Shown piece by piece: positions 54,201 to 64,000 of a stretch of 64,000 nt of DNA. Positions within the stretch are counted from its first letter, which is position 1. Each line of letters begins with the position of its first letter. Source of the stretch: Octopus sinensis (Eukaryota); assembly GCF_006345805.1 (NCBI RefSeq), contig NW_021837037.1, positions 1 through 64,000 on the forward strand, in the 5' to 3' direction. The notes under the pieces were generated by a model that was not told the DNA's origin, searched no databases, and was given only the letters and a program-made list of their open reading frames with translations. The translations under genes were made by a program, and so were the position numbers.

Positions 54201-55198
54201 CGATGTCAATAAGTTACGTACCAGTTGAGACCTAGGGTCAAGGTAATCGGCTACCAACACACCAACAAAAAAGATACAAAGAAAAAGCAATAATTTGGTC
54301 TGGTACCAAAATTTGAAATCAATACTTCAAATATTGTAAGGCGGTGGGCTTGGAGAATCGTAAATACAAAATGCAAAATCCTTAGCGATATTTTGCCCGT
54401 CTTTACGTTCTTAGTTTCCCATTCAGCTGAGTTCGATTTTGGATTCCATCTTGTCAGGGTCGACAAACTATCTACCAGTGTTGCACAAGGACTATATAAA
54501 TTTGAAACCAATGTTTCTTATACTAAAAACCGGGAGGTAGATCTTGAAGACAAGTATAGAGGCACTCCGTAGGTTACGACGACCTGTGTTCCAGTTGATC
54601 CGATCAACGGAGCAGCCTGCTCATGAAATTAACGTGCAAGTGGCTGAGCACTCCACAGACGTGTATCCTTCACGTATTTCTCGGGGTGATTCAGTGTGAT
54701 AAAGAATGTGACAAGGCCGGTCCTTTGAAATATGGGTACAACATAAACAGGAAGAAAGAGTGAGAAAAGTTGTGGCGAAAAATTACAGCAGGGGGTGGCA
54801 CCACTCCTGCAGGGAACCTCATGTAGCTGTAAGCGTTTTTGCTCAATAAACATTCGCAACGCCCGGTCTGGGAATCGAAACCGCGATCCTACAACCGCGA
54901 GTGCGCTGCCCTTACCACTGGGCAATTTGCCTCCACGATGACAAGAGTAGTTCTGAATTCTATGCTTACATATTCTGATATAAAAAAAAAGAAACTATAT
55001 TGACCGTTGCCTTCTCTCTATAATTGGTAATACTTGATATGTTTTTATCTTACAGACGTCTAGAGTTGTATGAAATCTGTATTACTCATGTAGATCCTGT
55101 TTGCCAAAGAGCCATGCGCAAAGAGCTTACAAAAAAGTGCTCTGGTGAGTGAAACAATTTATTTTATTATTAAAAAAGTTGTAGCAAAATGAAATTCA

Positions 55199-55265
<67 letters not shown>

Positions 55266-55773
55266 AGAAGTAGCAGCAGTGGCAGAAGGAGAAGAAGAAA
55301 ACGAAAAAGAAGAAGAAGGAAAAGATGAAGTAGAAGTAGGAGGAAGAGGATTATAATCCATAATACACTGAGAACATTTTCTTCCGGTTTATCATGATTG
55401 CAGTTCAATTTCTAAACAGATATTCATCTATTTTTTTCCGTTGATAAGATAAGAGGCAACCAATTGATGCAGGTCATTAAGTCTATTTAATGAGATCACC
55501 TGTACAGGTGACTTTTCATCAGGTTACACGCTTAGCTCTGAAGAAAGGAAACTGTATTTGCATTATTGGTCAAAACATCTCTATCACTTTATGTAAATTT
55601 CTAGTAAATGTCAACGTTATTAATTAAATTAATCCACTAATTAAAAATGAGTACCACGTAAACACATTTTTTACTTGAATATTACAGATAAGAAGCCCCA
55701 CAATGAGTCAACGGTCTGCATTGTAAATTTAAACAGCATGTTATTGGCAGTTCTTGTATCAACCATATTTTAA
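50347..55773 (+). CDS. Gene A (copy 2), same predicted 103-aa protein
   Basis: Exons 50347-50383, 52950-53049, 55056-55144 and 55688-55773; I saw no coding differences from copy 1. Confidence 0.85.
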
Positions 55774-57582
55774 TGGAATTCGAACATATGTTGAAAGATT
55801 TAATAAAGATTTAACACATATTTTTGATAGTTTTGCATTGTATAATCTCTTATCTTCATTATATAAAAAATGTAAGTATATAAAGAACTCCGAAATTTAA
55901 TTTTTATTATAACGTCAAATAATACCATATTCACTTCTTCGCTTCAATAGAAACTTTCTTTACAATTTTACTTTTTTATTCAATCCAATGCCGCAAAAGG
56001 TCTTATTAGTAGCTTGACATAATCCTCAAATCGATTAAATTTTAATACCACTTCAATATGAAAGGGTTACTAGACTACTTGTTTTTAATAAAATATAAAT
56101 ATTTACCTCAATTTCAACATGATCTCTTTCGAAGTAGTGCAGATATACACCGGTCCCAATCTTCGTGATTCTTTTAGAATCCGGGCAGGAAATGCTTTTC
56201 CGGAAGCGATTCAAAGACTTTCGGCGATTCGAGGACCTTCTCCGATTTGAGGACCTCCTGCGATTCGAGGACCTTCTGCGATTCGAGGACCTTCTGCGAT
56301 TCGAGGGCCTTCTGCTATTCGAGGACCTTCTGCAATTCGAAGACCTTTTGCGATTCGCTATGGAGCTCGACAACGGTGTAATAACTGCGACCTCTGAACC
56401 TCATTTCCGTTTTGGGGCAGAGATGACATTCAGCAGGTTCCAGCTCAGGCAATTAGGGAGAATGCAGAAGCGATATCATTTTCTTTTTTTTTCCTTTTTG
56501 AGAAACTCACGTGTGAGAGGATCTCAGTTACAGAGTGCTATGTCATCGTGAAGAATCCGATTCTTCAAGCTCCATATACATGCGGCCTTTCGCGGAAGAT
56601 TCTCCAACAAAAGCTTCAAAATGTCATTGTTTATCCTTTGACGATCTTCATGCACAAACTGATGATAATTTCTCCATATTTCGTCGTAGGTGACTTGTGG
56701 CACGTCTTTGAAATAATTTATCTTCTTCCAGAGAAGTTCTTCCGGTTTTGGAGCGCTCATGCAATCCGAAATATTGCGTACATCTCATTGCCTTGTCGCC
56801 GTAAGCTTCACAAAGCAAGCTTAATGTCTCTGTATCAGACTTCTCAATATAATCCAATGTTTGACGTTGGCTCTTTGTTTCAGCTCTCTGCGCTTGACAA
56901 GATAGCAGCGAAAAGCATACACGTGATCACATCAACTCAAATTTCATAACTTGGGAATTAAAGACAGTGATTTCTGTCCGTAGACAGACACACGAATACC
57001 ACCGCTACCTCCCACTGTGTACGCAACCATGTACTGCCCTGTTTTCGCGCTACAGGGAACGATTGGTACCACCACGTATCGTTGCTTCCAAGTAAAATGG
57101 TGAAGATTAACCTCACTTTATAAATTACAATTTATAAATCGCAGCATGTCCATAAGTTGTATTTCTATATCACACAGACGTTCTGTTTATATTGTTTTAT
57201 TAATACTCAACGTTAACAAAGGCATAACAAATTGATTACAAAGTTCTCCGATAATGCTAGTTGTATTCATATTTACTGATATAACACAGTCAGGTTGCTT
57301 GAATGTTTATACTGTCTTTTGTCAGTGTTAACATTGTATTATTGTATACATACATCCATTCATATTTAATATGACTTGCACATGTTATATCGCATAGAGT
57401 ATAAATTTATAGGGGTAATTCTTCACCATGTTTTTAGTATATCATTAGGAAAATAATCGGTAATAAACAGAGGTTGAATAGTAAATTCGTGTGAAGAGGA
57501 GAATCATATATATAGTATGTTTTCAACTAAAACCATACATGCAAATTAATAGAGATAAGTATAAGTATAACTTCATTCACAT

Positions 57583-57657
<75 letters not shown>

Positions 57658-58778
57658 TATATCAAAATGCGGAAATTATAATACACATAAAATATTCATG
57701 TGCACATAGATCTCTACATATTTCGGTGTTTATATAGACGCATGTGTTCACGTATGTTAATACTCATAATGAAATATGCAAATTTAGTCTACACTGGCAA
57801 CACCTATAAACGCATATTTGCAATTATAAACTTTCTTCAATTCCACACTTATAATCATATTGAAAAGAAATGGTAAAAAAAAATATTCTTTTGTTTATAC
57901 GATTTCAAAAATTTACTTTGTATTTCATTCATTGTTTGCAATGTTTTCTCTCACACACGCTGTTTCTCTAATATAAACACACAGAAACTCTTCTGGTTTC
58001 ATTCCGTTATAACACGCATATCATATTAAAAGTTTTCAAATCCATCATGGGCCGTAAAATAAAACACGTGCATTATTTCGCTTGAACGCGGACACTTCGA
58101 TAATTACCTTATCTGAAGGCTGCGAGCTGGCAGAAACGTTAGCACGCCGGGCGATATGCTTTCCCGCATTTCGCCTGCCGTTATGTTCTGAGTTCAAATT
58201 TCGCCGAGGTCAACTTTGCCTGTCATATTTTCGGGGTCGTTAAATTAAGTATCATCTGCGTACTGGGGTCGATGTAATCGACTGCCCTCCTCCCCACACA
58301 CACAAAAGATTTTAATAAAACATTGAAATAGTCTTTGCTTATAGAAAGCTAACATATAAATATTATCGAACTAAAACCTACATTTTGAAAAGCACCCTCA
58401 CTCGAAAATATTTCAAAAGGATAAAAATATTGTTTAACAAAAGCGAAATGAGAAATATTTACAGTAAAATAAAAAGAAACAAATATAATTCCGTTGTCAA
58501 GTCATTGTCTAATCGAAAGTAGAGATTTTCCCTTTTCAAATTAAGATTATTTTCGGGATAATTTCCCACTATGATCCGCTTGGGTATTTGTACCCTGAAA
58601 ACTTGTAATATCTTAAAAAACCACTTGCCGGTTTACACGAACTTGTTTTGTTTTCCGTTCATATTAGCATTTCAGGCTAAATATATTTCATTGTATTTTT
58701 CCATTATGCGCTACTTTGGCTGGGTAAATTTAAAAGCGGTCTATCAAGGAAGATCCAAACTGATTTCTAATGCACTTT

Positions 58779-58809
<31 letters not shown>

Positions 58810-59461
58810 GAGGGGGGGATGTATGTGTGTGGGTGTACGTGTGTGGGTGTGTGTATATGAGCTTAGAGCGGATATGCAATCGAGTATTATTAATATTTTA
58901 TATATATATATATATATTATATATATATATAAAGTACATTACAAATCCTCTTGGATCTTCCTTGATAGACCGTTTTGAAAGTTACTCAGCCAAACTGACG
59001 CATAATGGGAAAATACAATGAATTAAATTTTTGCTTCCCTCACTTTTTGTTTACTAAAATTCACTCAAAAGTACTCGGACGACGCGAGTCTGACACAGAG
59101 GACATTAGCGCCATATGCAATGATGTAGGAATGAACCCGGAAACATTGGATTGGGTCGTAAACTCTTTATCACTAACAAAACCTTAGGTACACACAAAAA
59201 AGAAACAGGCACAGACAACCATACACATATGTGCAATTGTATGCGTACGTGTTGATTGGCAACATTAAGTGTTGGCAATATAAACTGCCATATTGAATAT
59301 AATATATTACCATGCAATAAACAAGAGAATATAAATCTAGTTTCCAATTTATACTTAAGCAAAAACACCTGTTTCAGCGCTTTTAACTCTTCAGACAAAG
59401 CTGTACGTAGCAGAAACGTCAACAGCAAATATAGAGAGCTGGAAACAGAATCTTAACTACA

Positions 59462-59498
59462 ATGAAAATTATTATATGTCTACTGTTCCTTCTTTTTG
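59462..59498 (+). CDS. Gene B exon 1 of the next copy (rest beyond window)
   Basis: Identical to 25166-25202. Confidence 0.8.
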
Positions 59499-59742
59499 GT
59501 AAGACGTTCTTTCAAAAAGCAGTACTCAAAAAGCAACGGGTGACACACACCCGGAACAAACGGACGCTAAGAAATGCATGAATGTATATATGTGGATATG
59601 TAACTATTTATCTGTCTGTATGTATGTCTCTCTATCTATCTGTCTATTTGTATAATATATATGTAAGCATGTATATGTATGAATGAAAGGATAAATATAT
59701 AATATTGTTTATTATACATATATGTATGTGCGTGTGTGTATA

Positions 59743-59792
<50 letters not shown>

Positions 59793-61323
59793 GTATATAT
59801 ATATATTATATATGTATATATAATATATATTATATATATAATGTATATATATATATATGTGTGTATATATATATATGTATATATATATGTATATTATATA
59901 TATATATATATATGCAAAAAGCAATAAAGATTCAAGTTAATTTAAATGAATTACTTGAATATGGTACCTAACTTAGATGCACCAAAAAAAACTATACTGT
60001 TTTAACAATACAGTAATGTAGGGTGATTATAAGCGAGAAAGAAGCAACAAGAATGGATAGGTTTTTAGTACAATCGTTTCATACAATGACAGGCTTTATT
60101 AAAAGTTGTAAAAATTACAGCATATAAACGTGTCCCGTACTCATCAGCTAAAATACATGTGAGTTCTCTAGACATCCTAGTGGTTGAGGCTATACTCATG
60201 AAGTAATGTAGATAATTAAGTAACATAAACAGATTTCCAAAGTTCATTAAAGTTCTTTAAAGATGATGTACAGTCTTATCACAGAATTTTTAAAAAGTTC
60301 TAATAGCATCACAGAGAAGGTGACCTAATCCATAGAGCACATATGAATTTCCAGAGATATGATGAGGGATTACATACTCACAGAAGACAAATTTATCCAT
60401 TGTTAATCACAACGAGGTGGGTCTCAAATCCTGCTTATTAGCATTACAGAGAGGGTGAATTAATCCTTTGTATAGATGCACAATTTCCAATGGTGTAGAT
60501 GTAAGTTTCCAGAGAAACGAAGAGGAATTTCATATTCACAGGCGATAAATTTATCAATGGTTGAACACAATGAGGTAGGTATCAGTTCTTGTTATATGAT
60601 TAGGTATTTGCCACATTAATCACATTACTGCTATTTACAAGAGGCTGTAGCTATTTAACTTTTAAAGGCTGAAGGGCTTTCTAGAGAGGCAAAGAATAGA
60701 AAGAGAAGGGAATAGGAGAAAAGAGAGAAAATAAGGGAGGAGGGAGCAAAAAAAGGGGGGGGGGAAGGGGACTAAAAGAGAAGAGAAAAGGAAAAAGAGA
60801 ATAAGAAGAAGAAACAGAAAAAAGAGAAAAGAGAAAGAAATAGGGAAAGAAGGGAAAAAATAAAAATAAAAAAGGGGGTTCTAGTTATACAGACGAATTA
60901 GTAGACGGCAAGTCTGGTTTTAATTTACAGGCATCTAGGAACTAGAGGAGAATATTATTCTTTGGCCAGTAAAACAGCTAATTTATTGCTGTTGAAATCA
61001 GCTATGAATTTAAAGAGAATCTAAAGAGATAACACAGTCAGGGGTTTAGGGGTCAGATGCTAAAATCAAAAGAAAATACATTAGGAAAACCTTATATAAT
61101 GTTACTTAATTATCTACATTACTTCATGATTATAGCCTCAACCACTAGGATGTCTAGAGAACTCACATGTATTTTAGGTGATGAGTACGGGACACGTCTA
61201 TATGCTGTAATTTTTACAACTTTTAATAAAGCCTGTCCTTGTATGAAACGATTGTACTAAAAACCTATCCATTCTTGTTGCTTCTTTCTCGCGTATATAT
61301 ATATATGTATATATACATATATA

Positions 61324-61369
<46 letters not shown>

Positions 61370-61371
61370 AA

Positions 61372-61456
<85 letters not shown>

Positions 61457-64000
61457 TGTTTAAATATTTGTTGTGCAAGATTTTTTTATGTGAAGTCGTA
61501 TGTTGAAACAGATATTGTTATATTTCGGAATGGTCATATTGTCAGTTTAGCCAATAAAAACACACGCACTTTATATTTGGTGTTATTTTGCTTCAGTGTT
61601 ATTTATTTTTTACACTAATATTAATCTTATTTCGGCCAGAGTTCTTTCGTCACACTCTTGTGACCGCATCAGTCGTCTTTTGATTTCTTCTTTCTTATTT
61701 GTGTCTCTCCTTACAAACAGTCAGCCATTTTGTATTTCTATTGTATGTCTTCATTTGCGCATGCTTATATCTCTTTGTGCTTCTATGTTTAATAGCGTGT
61801 GTATGTGGGGGGAGGCCTGTAATATTTGTATCTTCCGTTTATATATACTTTACGTACTTTACTTATGAACATGTTTCAGTCATTTGACTGCGGCCATGCT
61901 GGAGCACCGCCTTTAGTCAAGCAAATCGACCCCAGAACTTATTCCTTGCAAGCCCAGCACTTATTGTATCGGTCTCTTTTGCCGAACCGCTAGCTGACGG
62001 GGACGCAAACACACCAGCATCGGTTGTCAAGCAATGCTAGGGGGACAAAAAAGACCCACAAACCCCCACACACACATACATATATATATATATACGACAG
62101 GCTTCTTTCTGTTTCCGCCTACAAAATCACACACAAGGCATTGGTTGGCCCGGGGCTATAGCAGAAGACACTTGCCCAAGATGCCACGCAGTGGGACTGA
62201 ACCCAGAACCATGTGGTTGGTTAGCAAGCTACTTCCCACACAGCCACTCATGCGCGTATGTTCATGTAATTTGTATTTACATGTTTTTACATCCACTTAT
62301 TATTATCATTACATATGCTTGTATGTATGTATGTATGTATGTATATATGCTTGTATGTATGTATGTATGTATGTAGTATGTATGTATGTATGTATGTATG
62401 TATGTATAACAACAATACTAGTAATAATAATAATAAATACTACTTCTTCTCAAAGATCATACTCACTATAATCCGGATGTCTCCAAATGTTTGTGACAGC
62501 ACAGGGGATCTCAGCAGGATCAATGACTGTAACAACACTTGTGACCTGACAGGATGTATGGTGGGTAGCATGGATGTGGTATCCCTATACCCATTGATCG
62601 ACGTAGATTTTGCGGTGGAGAAGTGCGTGGAGATGATTAATGAGAGCCAGTTGCATTTCCGTAACGTCAACACAGAAGAACTGGGCCTCCTACTTAGACT
62701 GACATGTAATAATGAATACTTAGATAAACATAATCTTAGTAGTTTCTGACCCAGTAGATGTTTAAGAGGTAGACCGCCCACAATTACTTCTATGGCTAGG
62801 AAAACACATATAGAAAGATGGCGCGGATGGACCAGAGCCATACGGAGCCCCGCAAATGTCCATCAAGTAAAGAAAATGATCGCATATTCACTAGGAGCTA
62901 GTATAAGAGTTACCCTAAAAGGCCACACGTTTAAGTTTAATAATAAAATATATGCCCAGGACGAGGGGACAGCCATCGGCGTTAGTATCGCTGGTGATGT
63001 GGCCAACCTTTTCATGGTATGGTGGGACAGAAGGCTTAAAGAACGCCTAACACAGAAATCAATCCTCGTAAACATGTACTCTCGCTATGTTGATGATATC
63101 AACATAGTGGTAAAGTGCACCCCCACAAGAGAGTACTGTTGATATAGTACTATAAACTAATACTATGGAGAGCATCCAGAAAATAGCTAACTCCATCCAC
63201 TAGAGTATTATGGTCACAATAGTCTACCCCACTAAACACCCCAACCATCGACTACAATTACTAGCCACTGAACTCTGGCTAGAAATTGTGAATAATGAAA
63301 CCCAAATCCTTCATGCATCCTATGCCATATATATGGCCTCAAAATACTTGATCCACCGGAACCAGCAATTGCGGACAATGCAAAATTCAATATTTTGATG
63401 GCAGACCTCGTCAGAATAATGAGAGATGTGTCACGCATGTGCGAGCCCACAGAGTTAAAGAGACACATACAATATTTCATTCACCGCATGCAGCTCTCAG
63501 GTTACAGCCATAAAGAAAGGATCAGAGTATACAAAGGAGCTATGAAGAAACTTGATAATATATTATGTAATGATAGGAATGGGATTTACCCACTCTATAG
63601 GAACAAGTCATGGAACACTATAGTAAGGATAAAAAAGAAAAATAGGGAAGGCCAATTCTTGGTATGATAGCCATAAATACCAGAGTGTCAATGTTCGTTG
63701 ACACCACCCCTGGAGGTGAACAGGCGTACTGCTTTAGAAGGACCATAGACAAACTTAAGCTAAGAATTAAGGTTGTTGAAAAGCCAGGCAACTCTATCAA
63801 ATCTATAATTGGTAGAACCTATCCTTTAAGTAGAACCCACTGTACGGATAAGTACTGTACTGTATGTAGATTTATCCCACAAACAAACTGTAAAGCCAGA
63901 AATGTAGTCTATAGTATAAGATGTATAGAGGGACGATGCAGTTACAAGACAACCACATACGTAGGGGAAACGGCAAGAAGCATAAGAGAGCGGGTAAATG

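Overview
AT-rich, (TA)n-riddled animal genomic DNA. The SINE/LINE tails and microsatellite load look coleoid cephalopod (Octopus-like); this is an inference. The window is about 1.9 copies of a near-identical ~34.3-kb tandem unit: 1-29703 matches 33950-64000, and 29704-33949 is seen once. The ORF track is almost entirely microsatellite and transposon debris. It misses the real host genes, whose exons are only 37-100 nt. Reading splice signals by hand gives two paralogous 4-exon plus-strand genes per unit, here called A and B. Each encodes a ~103-aa protein with a signal peptide, a 6-Cys domain (C-x7-C-x16-C-x8-C-x7-C-x11-C) and a GPI-signal-like hydrophobic C-terminus. I cannot assign them to a known family. 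B also has a proximal terminal exon that would give a soluble 87-aa form. The rest is mobile DNA: a full-length Naiad-like Penelope-type retroelement with hammerhead-ribozyme (HHR)-bearing direct repeats, other Penelope-like copies with inverted HHR-bearing termini, hairpins centred on HHR helix III, a decayed CR1-like LINE, Tc1/mariner relics and tRNA-derived SINEs. All coordinates, counts and identities were worked out by eye; no searches were run.
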